Source: Chitinophagales bacterium
Lineage (GTDB): Bacteria; Bacteroidota; Bacteroidia; Chitinophagales; LD1
Assembly (NCBI GenBank): GCA_016786765.1
Contig: JAEUUZ010000017.1
Location: 104,077 to 168,076, forward strand
DNA length: 64,000 nucleotides
Reading direction: 5' to 3'
In this document: piece after piece, positions 1 through 9,677 of the stretch
Position numbering within the stretch: the first letter of the stretch is position 1
Layout: every line of letters begins with the position of its first letter
The notes under the pieces: model-generated
The model's database searches: none
Seen by the model: the letters and a program-made list of their open reading frames with translations, nothing else
What the model was told of the DNA's origin: nothing
Program-made: the position numbers and the translations under genes

Positions 1-47
1 CAAGCGAAGCCGACAAAGTATCTGATTTTACTTCATTTTTTGGGAAA

Positions 48-956
48 CTACCAGCCTAAATCAGTGATGATTTGCCAAATCCGAAACTTGAGTTTATCGG
101 TAAATTTGTCTTCACCGTACATACTTTCCAGTTTAAGATAAGGCTTATACTGAACTAAATGCTGAAAATAGCGATCGAGATGGGGTTTTAACAGAGGCTC
201 TCGTCCTTGTACGATAGAGCGGATAGTAGTATAGTTAAAATGAATGAAAATAAGCGGGTAATGGTTATCCAGCATTACCTGTTCGCCTTGAAGGGAGCGG
301 GGAACTTCTTGCCTGTTCCAGTCGGCAACGTTACAGCCTTTATGGCGGAGAATATGTACTCGCTCGTCCATAACGGGCAATAAATCCAAATAGCGTTGAT
401 CGTCAAAAGTGCCGCGAATGGGGTTTTTTTCACACCGATAAGCACAGCACGAAGCCCACCATTGCATGAGTGAAACAGCATCGCGGTTTACACCCACAAA
501 GCCGGCATTATAGAGTCCTACTTTAAAATTTGCCTCAAACCAATTTTGCTCTTTGGTGGCGTTACGCGAGTAGTGATGAGGCGTGAGGAGTGTGTTATGC
601 GTATCGAGAAGATCGAATAGGAATTGAAAATTTCCAAAAAAATAGGTGTCGGTATCTAAGTAGATAACTTTTGTATCGACCTGTTGTAACAAATATTGAA
701 GTAGGATAGGCTTTAGGCTCCATCGATACTTATCGCTGTATTGGCTGTATTTTTGGGCAATGATTTTAGCATTTTCGATGTCGAAAAATTGTTCCGGCCG
801 ATATAACGTAAGTCCGGAATCTTGCGGGAAATCAGAACAGGTATTGATTGAAAGAATATGCAGATGTACATCGCTATCGAGTTGACGAAGAGAATCATAG
901 AGCGCTAAAGCTTTATGCAAATGGTCGCCAGTGATGATGGTACAGAAATGCTTCAT
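48..956 (-). CDS. putative GT-A-like nucleotide-sugar glycosyltransferase (DxD type)
   Basis: 302-aa ORF with ATG start and no signal peptide or TM. 'VIYLDTDTYFF' (strand followed by DxD-like acidic motif) and 'FDDQRYLD' resemble GT-A transferases. Assignment is by motif only. Confidence 0.45.
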   Translation of the reverse strand: MKHFCTIITGDHLHKALALYDSLRQLDSDVHLHILSINTCSDFPQDSGLTLYRPEQFFDIENAKIIAQKYSQYSDKYRWSLKPILLQYLLQQVDTKVIYLDTDTYFFGNFQFLFDLLDTHNTLLTPHHYSRNATKEQNWFEANFKVGLYNAGFVGVNRDAVSLMQWWASCCAYRCEKNPIRGTFDDQRYLDLLPVMDERVHILRHKGCNVADWNRQEVPRSLQGEQVMLDNHYPLIFIHFNYTTIRSIVQGREPLLKPHLDRYFQHLVQYKPYLKLESMYGEDKFTDKLKFRIWQIITDLGW

Positions 957-974
957 TACATCGGAAAAATAGAT

Positions 975-2027
975 TTATTTTTCGGAATCACTTAGTAAAC
1001 CTAAAATTTGTTTAGCGTAAAATTGGTGACCGGCATTGTTCAGATGGGCGTCTGGATAAGCCGTATAAAGTGATTTGTTGATTCCTGTAGGTAGCCAAAC
1101 AAATGGACCGAGTATAGTATCTGCAAAAAGGGCTTTGTATCGGTTTTTGAAATAAACGGAATCTTTGTTCGCCTCTTTTTGCTCAGGTATAATAACAATG
1201 TGAAGTTTGCTGTGGTTGGCTTTACAGTGCTTAGCAATTGCATAAAGGTGCTGTTTTGTGAATGTCATTTCTGCTATACTTTTGTTATATTGTTGTTTTT
1301 CAACCCATCGCATGTGTATAGCATAGAGTAATGTAATGATGGCGCTTTTGCTTGCTGCTTTTTGGAATATTGTTGTTGGGTGCCGCAGGAAATATTTTTC
1401 TTCCATATAGTAACGGTAAGCTTCAGCAGCTGAAGTAAATGTTCTGTTTCCATCGGAGGCTAACATAGCTCCCGCATTTGTATAAAAGTAAAGCGGTTTA
1501 TAGGCGACAATATTTCTGTCGTTTTGCATTATATCATTTCCGAGATAGAGCATTACAAACACCTGTTGTGGCTTAAATTTGGGGATATATTGCTGGGCTA
1601 ACATTTCATACTGCAAAGGATCTGCTACCGGAATACCGAGATTGACAATATTGTTTGCCGATTGATTACGCACCAAATCAACAAAACAGGCAGTTAAAGG
1701 GTTTGCCGATAATCCCCATGTGAAACTGTCGCCAATAAAGAGGTCGGTTTTTTTTGTTGAATCAATAGAAGGCCATTCCGGGGTACGAAAGCCATTGTTA
1801 TTTATATCGATATGCAGACTATCGAAATAAGGTTTATTGGCAACTATAAGTCCATTGGAGTCGGTTATAAAATGGTGGTATTCTATTAGGCTGTCAACAG
1901 GTTTGAAGTTGGCCCAGTTTGGGGTGAGGTTGCCGGGTTGATGGTTGGTGAACCTAAGTCCGAGCTCAACTATTCCAATCAATAGCAGGAAGAGCATAGT
2001 GTTTCCAAGTAGAACTTTTGTTTTCAT
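975..2027 (-). CDS. membrane-anchored SGNH/GDSL-family esterase/acyltransferase
   Basis: 350 aa with an N-terminal hydrophobic anchor 'LFLLLIGIVELGL'. Block I 'LFIGDSFTWG' (GDS nucleophile), block III-like 'LYLGNDI', C-terminal His block 'PDAHLNNAGH'. Confidence 0.6.
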   Translation of the reverse strand: MKTKVLLGNTMLFLLLIGIVELGLRFTNHQPGNLTPNWANFKPVDSLIEYHHFITDSNGLIVANKPYFDSLHIDINNNGFRTPEWPSIDSTKKTDLFIGDSFTWGLSANPLTACFVDLVRNQSANNIVNLGIPVADPLQYEMLAQQYIPKFKPQQVFVMLYLGNDIMQNDRNIVAYKPLYFYTNAGAMLASDGNRTFTSAAEAYRYYMEEKYFLRHPTTIFQKAASKSAIITLLYAIHMRWVEKQQYNKSIAEMTFTKQHLYAIAKHCKANHSKLHIVIIPEQKEANKDSVYFKNRYKALFADTILGPFVWLPTGINKSLYTAYPDAHLNNAGHQFYAKQILGLLSDSEK

Positions 2028-2092
2028 GACTCACTCAAGAATAAATTAATGTTTGTTGTGGATTAATGAGGTATTGCTATTGTTTTTATGCA

Positions 2093-3268
2093 TTATTGTA
2101 CGATGAGTAGTTGAATTTCTTTTGCTATTTTTCGATTCGCATTTTTATTGGGATGGCCGTGTTTAGGAATAAAGTCGGTGTTATTCAAAAGGCTGCTATT
2201 GCCTACAACATAGTCTATTTTTTCTGCCTTAAGATAAGGAATTATGGTTCCACTGCTGCCAGGATAGATGAAGACCACAAATTTTCCTTGTTTGAATTGC
2301 TGAGAAAATCTGTCTCTGCTTGCTTTGAGAAGGGCAGTAACCAGTGCATAATCTTGTTTAGTTTCATGCGAAGGGATTTCAATATTTTTAAAAAAGAGGC
2401 TGTTGTTTAACAGCTCGAATAAGAAACCTTTCAATGGATAAGCTTTTTCAAAACTGCCTTTGTATTTAAGTACATTGTTTTCAAGCGTAAAGCAAGGAAA
2501 AAATTGTGTCCATCCTTGATAGTGCGATTTGTATAATGCAGCTCTTTTGATGTGGTCGTCAATCCAAACATAGATACCCAAGGCTGTATCTGAGTATGTT
2601 TCAATAGATAAATTTCTTTTACTGATTTGGAGATAGGTTTGTTGAGGTCCCCAGCCGTCTATAGCATAATTATAAACAGATACAGAAGAATCAAGATCTG
2701 CATATTGCGAAGGTAGGGTTTCTCTATCATTTACACCATCACCGTAAGTGAAAGAGCATCCAAAAAATAAGATCGATTTCGATTGATGTGTAGAGGGGCA
2801 ATATGTTTTTCTTCTTCCTAAGGAATCAAAATTGTAAGAGACTTCAAGAAGTAGACTATCTTGCTGATAAACTATTTCATGTCGTTTACTACTTCTAGGA
2901 TAAGCATAGCCATACATTGGATCTCTTAATTTTCGAGATCCTTGAATAATATAGATTAGTTCGTCATTTTTGCATTTGAAGAGGAACCAAATTCCAACAA
3001 TACAATAAAACAAGAGGTATAAAAGAAAATGAAAAAAAACCACCTCATCTAAACGAAGCCACTGAACTATTCTTTTTCTAAGGACAAATCCCAGCCCTAC
3101 TAATAGTCCAAAAAGAACAAGTATGGATAACATTTTTTTAAACATGTTATCAGAAAAATAGCTATCAGAAGGTGGTGTGTTATCTAGGAGAATATGATGT
3201 GAAAAAAAAAGGCCAACAACACAAAATAAATAGGCAAATAGCAATGCTAGTATACTTTTCTTAATCAT
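2093..3268 (-). CDS. polytopic-anchored SGNH-like protein (variant block I)
   Basis: 391 aa with about 4 N-terminal TM helices. 'ILFFGCSFTYGDGV' is a GDS block with D->C and the Ser retained. C-terminal 'KHGHPNKNANRKIA' is a His block. Confidence 0.45.
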   Translation of the reverse strand: MIKKSILALLFAYLFCVVGLFFSHHILLDNTPPSDSYFSDNMFKKMLSILVLFGLLVGLGFVLRKRIVQWLRLDEVVFFHFLLYLLFYCIVGIWFLFKCKNDELIYIIQGSRKLRDPMYGYAYPRSSKRHEIVYQQDSLLLEVSYNFDSLGRRKTYCPSTHQSKSILFFGCSFTYGDGVNDRETLPSQYADLDSSVSVYNYAIDGWGPQQTYLQISKRNLSIETYSDTALGIYVWIDDHIKRAALYKSHYQGWTQFFPCFTLENNVLKYKGSFEKAYPLKGFLFELLNNSLFFKNIEIPSHETKQDYALVTALLKASRDRFSQQFKQGKFVVFIYPGSSGTIIPYLKAEKIDYVVGNSSLLNNTDFIPKHGHPNKNANRKIAKEIQLLIVQ

Positions 3269-3530
3269 CTTAAATACAATTAAATTGTACTGAATAGCTA
3301 TGTTTTAACTAAACAAATCGCAATGTAGCAGAAATTTTACCCCACTTTTACAAATAAATGAATGTTGTTCAATATTTTTTAATCATAGCTCTTCTGTATC
3401 AATCAGTTGAATTATTTTTCTACTTGTTCAAAGATCATTATTCATTTCTTTATTTGCTGATATCCGAGCATTATTTATTATTTTGCAACTTTACTTATAC
3501 ATTTAAAATGTAAGGTCTTTTTATAGAGCT

Positions 3531-5480
3531 ATGTGTGGAATTGCAGGATACTTAACATTAGGAGCTGAGCCAAATGATACGATTAAACGTGTTGTTGGTG
3601 ATATGGCTAATGTAATTCGCCATAGGGGTCCAGATGCTTTTGGCTCGTTTCAGAATCAACACCTATCGGTTGCCAATACTAGGTTGTCGATTATTGACGT
3701 TTCTCCGAATGCTAATTTACCAATGGTAAGTTCTGATGGCTCAGTTTTGTTGTGTTATAATGGAGAAATATCCAATTTCAAAGAGTTAAAAGCCAAATAT
3801 GATTTAGAAGACCTTTTCCCCTTTCGCACCTCTTCAGATTCCGAAGTAATTATTTATCTCTATAAACTTTTAGGTATAAAATTTTTGCAAGAATTAAGCG
3901 GGATGTTTGCCTTCTGTTTATACGATCGTGATAAGGCAAAGGCATATATTGTCAGAGATTTCTATGGGATACTTCCATTGTTTATGTCGTTTCGAGACGG
4001 AGGGATTTATTTTGCTTCAGAGATAAAATCATTTTTGGAAATACCTGGCTTTGACACTAGCATAAATTCAACCTCAATACATCATTTTTTCACATTAGCA
4101 TATATACCGGACACCCTTACGCCCTATAATTCGATTCGTGAAATTAGAGGAGGCGAATTAATGGAAGTGGATTTTTCAACATCTAGTTATCAGTTCTCTC
4201 AGTACTATGATTTTAATTACTACGAAGACTTTAGTATCAGTAAGGAAGCCGCTGTTAAAACAACAAGAGAATTATTAATTGATTCTGTTAAAAGGAATTT
4301 AATAAGCGATGCTCCGCTGGGAATGACCTTGTCTGGGGGAATAGACACAAGCGCCATGTTGGGAATTGTGAAGTATTTAGGCTTAGGAGACAAAATGCAT
4401 ACATTTTCTTTAAAAATGGGCGAATTAAGTTTTGATGAATCCAAGTATCAAAGAATAATGGCTCAATATTCGGGATCTATTCATCATGAGATACTGGTAA
4501 CACCAGATGATGTGATTGAAAATATGCTTACTCAAATAGCATATATTGATGAACCCAATGGGAATGGAGCTTGTATTCCGTCTTTTATTCTTGCACATAA
4601 GGCAGCTCCAATTGTAAGTGTATTATTAAGTGGAGAAGGAGGTGATGAGCTATTTAATGCTTATCCTAGCATTGCTGCCTATCAAATCAGAAAGCTGTAT
4701 CGCTCCCTAGCTCCTGCTTTTGTTAGAAAGCTTTTTCGAAAAGGAATAGAGCAACTGCCATCTGACTATCGTAAGTTAAGTTTTGATTTTAAAGCAAAAC
4801 GATTTACAGGAGGAGCAGAACTTAACGTGCCGGAATCACATCTGTATTGGCGTCATGTATTTACAGAAGAACAAAAAAAATTATTGCTAATAGGTGATTT
4901 TGATAGAACTTCTACGCAAACATTTTATGACAAAATATTTTATAATAGCGGTATTGAAAACGATTTAAACAAGATTTCGCTCATCGATATGAAGCACTTC
5001 TTTATCGATGATTTAATGGTAAAAAACGATCGTACATTTTTAGCAAATTCTGTTGAAGGTCGTTTCCCTTTTATGGATAGAATGCTTGTGGAATATGTTA
5101 CTAAGTTGCCTTTAAAATATAGAGTTAGGCATTTTTCAAAACTGCGGTGGGTAGAGAAAGAAGCAATGAAACCTTTTCTTCCCAAAGAAATTTACCAAAG
5201 AGATGGTTTTGGATTGGAAATGCCTCATGCTGTTTGGTTCAAGGATAAGTTGGGCAAGTTTGCTGAAAAATATATAAATCAGAAGATGGTAGAACAAACC
5301 GAACTTCTAGACTGGGAATTTGTAGAGAAAATTTGGAAAATTCACTTAAGTGGAAAACAAGATTTCGGCCGGCCAATTTGGTGTATTCTTAATTATCTGA
5401 TTTGGTTTGATATGTATGTTGTAAATCGTAACTACAAATCGTTTTGGCAGTTGCCAGTAAGAAGAAATAACATTAAATGA
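3531..5480 (+). CDS. asparagine synthase (glutamine-hydrolysing)-family amidotransferase, AsnB/WbpS-like
   Basis: 649 aa starting Met-Cys ('MCGIAGY', Ntn glutaminase nucleophile). 'LSGGIDTS' is the PP-loop (SGGxDS) of the synthetase domain. Its stop overlaps the next start (ATGA at 5477-5480). Confidence 0.9.
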   Translation: MCGIAGYLTLGAEPNDTIKRVVGDMANVIRHRGPDAFGSFQNQHLSVANTRLSIIDVSPNANLPMVSSDGSVLLCYNGEISNFKELKAKYDLEDLFPFRTSSDSEVIIYLYKLLGIKFLQELSGMFAFCLYDRDKAKAYIVRDFYGILPLFMSFRDGGIYFASEIKSFLEIPGFDTSINSTSIHHFFTLAYIPDTLTPYNSIREIRGGELMEVDFSTSSYQFSQYYDFNYYEDFSISKEAAVKTTRELLIDSVKRNLISDAPLGMTLSGGIDTSAMLGIVKYLGLGDKMHTFSLKMGELSFDESKYQRIMAQYSGSIHHEILVTPDDVIENMLTQIAYIDEPNGNGACIPSFILAHKAAPIVSVLLSGEGGDELFNAYPSIAAYQIRKLYRSLAPAFVRKLFRKGIEQLPSDYRKLSFDFKAKRFTGGAELNVPESHLYWRHVFTEEQKKLLLIGDFDRTSTQTFYDKIFYNSGIENDLNKISLIDMKHFFIDDLMVKNDRTFLANSVEGRFPFMDRMLVEYVTKLPLKYRVRHFSKLRWVEKEAMKPFLPKEIYQRDGFGLEMPHAVWFKDKLGKFAEKYINQKMVEQTELLDWEFVEKIWKIHLSGKQDFGRPIWCILNYLIWFDMYVVNRNYKSFWQLPVRRNNIK

Positions 5481-6184
5481 AGTTAAGTGTTGTTGTACCA
5501 ATATATAATGAAGAAGGGAGTGTTCTTCTCTTGATGGAATCATTATATGCTAATCTACAGAATTATTGTTACGAACTGATACTCGTTGATGATGGTTCAA
5601 CGGATGCTACTTTATCCATAATACAACAAAATAAAAATGAACATACGCGCCTTTTAGCGCTTGAGACGAACTCTGGACAGAGTGCAGCATTAAGAGCAGG
5701 TTTGGCTCAATCTAAACATGAGATTATAATTACTCTTGATGGGGATATGCAAAATAATCCGAAGGATATTCATGCATTGATAGAGCAGATTAACGGGAGT
5801 AAATATAGCCTAGTACAAGGATATCGAAAGCATCGGAAAGATGGTCTAGACAAGCTTATTCCCAGTATTGTTGCAAATCAACTTATTCGCTTCCTCTTTT
5901 CTTTACCAGTTCATGACATTGGTTGTTCGCTTAAAGCGTTTCGTAGGGAGGCAATTACAACGTTTAGTTTTTTTGATGGTTTTCATAGGTACATTCCATT
6001 ATTTGTGCATTTGAATGGGTTGGAAGTTGGAGAAATAATAGTAGGTCATAATGTTCGACAAGCTGGAATATCAAAATATGGAATAGGAAGGACATTTAGT
6101 GTTTTTAAACACTTGCTTTTGTTCCGGTTTGGAAATACAGAAAAGCTTTCAAACGTGGAGTACAGAATAAAAAATTATTTTTAG
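5477..6184 (+). CDS. GT2 glycosyltransferase, polyprenyl-phosphate sugar synthase-like (DPM1/ArnC/GtrB type)
   Basis: 235 aa with 'LSVVVPIYNEEGSV', 'LVDDGSTDAT' and 'TLDGDMQNNP' (DxD). These are the GT2 GT-A signature in the order seen in ArnC/DPM1-type enzymes. Confidence 0.8.
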   Translation: MKLSVVVPIYNEEGSVLLLMESLYANLQNYCYELILVDDGSTDATLSIIQQNKNEHTRLLALETNSGQSAALRAGLAQSKHEIIITLDGDMQNNPKDIHALIEQINGSKYSLVQGYRKHRKDGLDKLIPSIVANQLIRFLFSLPVHDIGCSLKAFRREAITTFSFFDGFHRYIPLFVHLNGLEVGEIIVGHNVRQAGISKYGIGRTFSVFKHLLLFRFGNTEKLSNVEYRIKNYF

Positions 6185-6208
6185 TTGTATAGTGCAACAC
6201 TTTTTTAG

Positions 6209-8182
6209 ATGTGGGAAAAACAAAAATACAATGGTATTAGATGGTGGTATGTACTCAGTAGCATTCTATGTATATGTTTGTTTTCTATAACTAAGCTTCT
6301 TTTTCTTGAAATTATCCCATCATCACCCTTTGGTTACTTATTTGAAGCAGACTATCTCGATTTTTCCAAATGGTATCCCCATACATATTTTCTAGTCTAT
6401 TTTTTGATATATGTTTTACACTTACTACCATATTTGGCGCTATGTGCTTCGTTGATTTTAGTATATCGTGCATCAGTTGTTTCCCCTGTTTTTTTTTACC
6501 TATATGCGCTTGCAAATATTATTGGAGCAGTTCTTTTTCCAATACATAGTTGGCTATTTTCATCAATATTTCTCTTTGTTGTTTCCATTTTTAGTGTTAG
6601 AGAGAATCTAAAATTTATGGAGCAATTGTCAACAAAACGATTGCTTATTATTGGAGTGGTAGTTGCATTAGTAATCAGAATTAGTTGGATTTTTATTTCA
6701 GATAACTGTGATAATGGGGACTCAGGAGCAAGATTGTATGTATCATACATATGGCTTAAATTGTTTGGTGCCTATCCTTCCATATTTGGCGTTCAGGTAA
6801 TAAACCCTGCTTATGATTGGTTGCCATTACATTTCTATTTGACAGGAACTACAATGTTTTTGACACAAAATGTTTTTACTGCTCCAAGAATATTAACCGC
6901 TTTATTTGGGGCGTTTTCAGTTATTCCATTATATCTTTTTACTTCCATTAAATTTAGCAGGAACACGGCAATAGCAGCTTGTATAATATTTATTTTTTAC
7001 CTACAACATATTGTTCTTTCCTCGCAGGTATTAAGTGAGCCGTATTACATATTTTTTTTGCTTTGGGCATATTATTTTATTGAGAAATTTATCGCTGAGG
7101 GACAATCTGGAAAAACAGCATCTGCATTGGGTTTTGCACTTGCTTGTTGTTGTTGGCTACGTTATGAAGGGTGGGCTTTTAGTGGAATGGTAGTGATGTT
7201 GATTTTGTTTACTCCGAGAATTTCAACAAAAATTTGGCTGAAAATTGCAATTCCTGTGTTAATAGCCATAGTAGTAATTATGATCTGTGAGGTTGCATCA
7301 GGCTTGCACCCATTACGTGGCATATTATTCAGTGATAACGAAGTGGCAACTACCTATACTAATGGTGAATCTTCCTATAGCGATATTTTAACTAATTTGC
7401 CCTTTGCATATCTTCCGCTTTACGGTATAGCAATGTTGGCTTCGTTTCTTTCATTATTCAAGACGAAAAAAAGAACGGACATTATACTTTTTTGTATCTA
7501 TTGGCTAGCAGTGCTGCCTTTTGCATATAAGATTTTCAACCAAACACTCACTTCACAATCTCGTTATCTTTCAATTTACATGGTACCTGCAATACCGTTT
7601 ATTGCGAATATTCTTGAAAAAGTGCTTGTGTACCTACGGATGAATCGATATACATTTTTTTTCACGCTTGCATTCTATATACTTTTATCAAATTTGTTTA
7701 TGTCAAACAAAGTGATTCAAAGTAAGCGCTCATTACGTTATGAAGAAGGTTTTTTAAATAGTGCAACGTATACCCGAGATAGTATATCAAAATGTCAGCT
7801 ATACCTTGATTATGCTAATGAGATTGCTAATTTTAGTTGGGTTGTCTATTCCAATACTTTAGATATTCCACATATATTTCATGAGTATGATAGTAACTAC
7901 TACTATTTAAACGAGAAAAAAATTAAGGCTATCCTTTACCGAGAGTGGCAACGAAATTGCGTAGTTCGGCTTCAAAATAAAACTGATTTTAATCGAAAAT
8001 CTTTTGATACACTATTGGCTCAAAACAAAATTTCCCATATTATGCTTTTTCCTGAAGGGGAACTCAACAAAGTACTGCGTTTTTCAGATAAAAGAGAGAT
8101 TTATAACGACAAAGAATTTGAGTTGTTGTTCTGTGAAAATGGATATAGAATATATAAACTAGTAGGTGTAGATGACCGGTGA
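6209..8182 (+). CDS. polytopic membrane protein, GT-C (ArnT/PMT-like) glycosyltransferase candidate
   Basis: 657 aa with at least 12 hydrophobic helices followed by a soluble C-terminal domain of about 150 aa. It lies directly downstream of the ArnC-like GT2. The call rests on topology and context only. Confidence 0.5.
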   Translation: MWEKQKYNGIRWWYVLSSILCICLFSITKLLFLEIIPSSPFGYLFEADYLDFSKWYPHTYFLVYFLIYVLHLLPYLALCASLILVYRASVVSPVFFYLYALANIIGAVLFPIHSWLFSSIFLFVVSIFSVRENLKFMEQLSTKRLLIIGVVVALVIRISWIFISDNCDNGDSGARLYVSYIWLKLFGAYPSIFGVQVINPAYDWLPLHFYLTGTTMFLTQNVFTAPRILTALFGAFSVIPLYLFTSIKFSRNTAIAACIIFIFYLQHIVLSSQVLSEPYYIFFLLWAYYFIEKFIAEGQSGKTASALGFALACCCWLRYEGWAFSGMVVMLILFTPRISTKIWLKIAIPVLIAIVVIMICEVASGLHPLRGILFSDNEVATTYTNGESSYSDILTNLPFAYLPLYGIAMLASFLSLFKTKKRTDIILFCIYWLAVLPFAYKIFNQTLTSQSRYLSIYMVPAIPFIANILEKVLVYLRMNRYTFFFTLAFYILLSNLFMSNKVIQSKRSLRYEEGFLNSATYTRDSISKCQLYLDYANEIANFSWVVYSNTLDIPHIFHEYDSNYYYLNEKKIKAILYREWQRNCVVRLQNKTDFNRKSFDTLLAQNKISHIMLFPEGELNKVLRFSDKREIYNDKEFELLFCENGYRIYKLVGVDDR

Positions 8183-8320
8183 AAATTGGATGGGGTTGGG
8201 ACTAAAGCTAACACAGTCCCTTACGAGTAAGCAAAAGAGCAAATAAGGAGGAGTAGTATAAACAGCAATTTCTTTAATGTTGCGAATAGTTGTTTCTTTT
8301 TATCTCATTAGAATGAAAGG

Positions 8321-9607
8321 TCAAATGTTCTGTTTGATCATTGATGTTAACTCAGGGAAAACTTGTGAAAAATCTTCCCCTCTTATGGTGTCTACACTTT
8401 TAATGGTATGATTAAACTCTCCGGCTAGATTTCTTTCATTTGAATTCATTAGTGTAATAACTGATTTACAGTGGTTTTTAATATTCTCGGACTTAGATAG
8501 TTTGTTTAAGTAGTTTAACTCAAAATCGGCATAAAGTACAGTTGCTTTTTCTTTAAGTTCTTTTGGTAGTGTATCTACGCAAAAATGATTAGGTCCAAAC
8601 AAAGGGTATAGATTCATGCGATCGGGACTTACAAATTTTTGTTCAACCATATGCTTAAAAAAATCGGGAACATGAAAGATGTTGAAAATACTTACAGTTA
8701 CATTTACGCCAAAGAATATATTGGAGCATTCCCTTTGTATGGTTCTAATATTTTCTTCTACTTCATTCCACCTTTGACCCTTTCGTTGATAATCTCCCTT
8801 TTCACCCATACCATCTAAGCTTGCCCAAATATCCACCTGCCTAAATTTTTTCCATTGTTCTATTACGTTGTAACGTTTATAGCGGAGAGTAGAAAAATTT
8901 GTGTTGTACGTTAGGTTAACATCAGTATTGCCAATCTCAATGAGATATTCTAGTGTTGCATAGTGTTCATCCATGAAAAGTGGCTCTCCACCAGCAAAGT
9001 GAAGTCTTTTTACAGTAGGGAGTAAAGCCTTGAACGATTCCCAAAATTTGACCTCATCTTGCGCTACTTTTATTTCTTTGTTTGCCGGATTAATTTGTCT
9101 TCCTAGTTTTACCTCTTCATCGTACCATAGCGTGCTGTATTCGCTACTGCAGATTCGACATTTATAGTTACATTTGTTAGAAAATCGGATATCGAGAATG
9201 GGAATAGCTAAATCGTTGATCGAACCGTCTTTATTTGTGCGTTCAACTCTTGAATAATAGTGCTGAAAATCTCTGTTATAATGATGGCGTTCGCTGTTTC
9301 TTCCAAGGTCTTGATACTTATAACAATTGTGACATAAAGAGTTTTTTCTTCCGTTCAGCATGTCTAATCGCAACTGCTTCATGTTAGCTGAATTCCAAGA
9401 ATTTGATAATTCAGGATCTTGATTTAAATCCCCAATTGGATTTTCGGGATTAAAGGAAGACATACAGCAAGGCGCTACTTTGCCATTTGTTTGCGCGTGG
9501 AGTTGAATCCAAGGCGCCATACAAAAAACATCAGAATTTTCCAGTAACTTTTTGCGTTTTCCCGAAGGATCAAGCAAAAGGTGTTTTATTTTACGAACCA
9601 GTTTCAT
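8321..9607 (-). CDS. radical SAM enzyme with N-terminal twitch/SPASM-like Cys motif
   Basis: 428 aa. 'CMAPWIQLHAQTNGKVAPCC' (C-x12-G-x4-C) and 'CHNC' lie upstream of the core 'CNYKCRIC' (CX3CX2C) and 'FAGGEPLF'. Confidence 0.8.
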   Translation of the reverse strand: MKLVRKIKHLLLDPSGKRKKLLENSDVFCMAPWIQLHAQTNGKVAPCCMSSFNPENPIGDLNQDPELSNSWNSANMKQLRLDMLNGRKNSLCHNCYKYQDLGRNSERHHYNRDFQHYYSRVERTNKDGSINDLAIPILDIRFSNKCNYKCRICSSEYSTLWYDEEVKLGRQINPANKEIKVAQDEVKFWESFKALLPTVKRLHFAGGEPLFMDEHYATLEYLIEIGNTDVNLTYNTNFSTLRYKRYNVIEQWKKFRQVDIWASLDGMGEKGDYQRKGQRWNEVEENIRTIQRECSNIFFGVNVTVSIFNIFHVPDFFKHMVEQKFVSPDRMNLYPLFGPNHFCVDTLPKELKEKATVLYADFELNYLNKLSKSENIKNHCKSVITLMNSNERNLAGEFNHTIKSVDTIRGEDFSQVFPELTSMIKQNI

Positions 9608-9677
9608 TCTTAATAATTTTAAGTTTACCTTGAGATATTGTGAAAGTAAAACAATTCACCAATAAAGTTTTTTGAAA

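Noticed and set aside
8198-8220. Hairpin GGGACT-N11-AGTCCC between convergent genes 6209-8182 and 8321-9607
   Set aside because: It is only a 6-bp stem with no flanking T- or A-tract on either strand. This is too weak to call a terminator.
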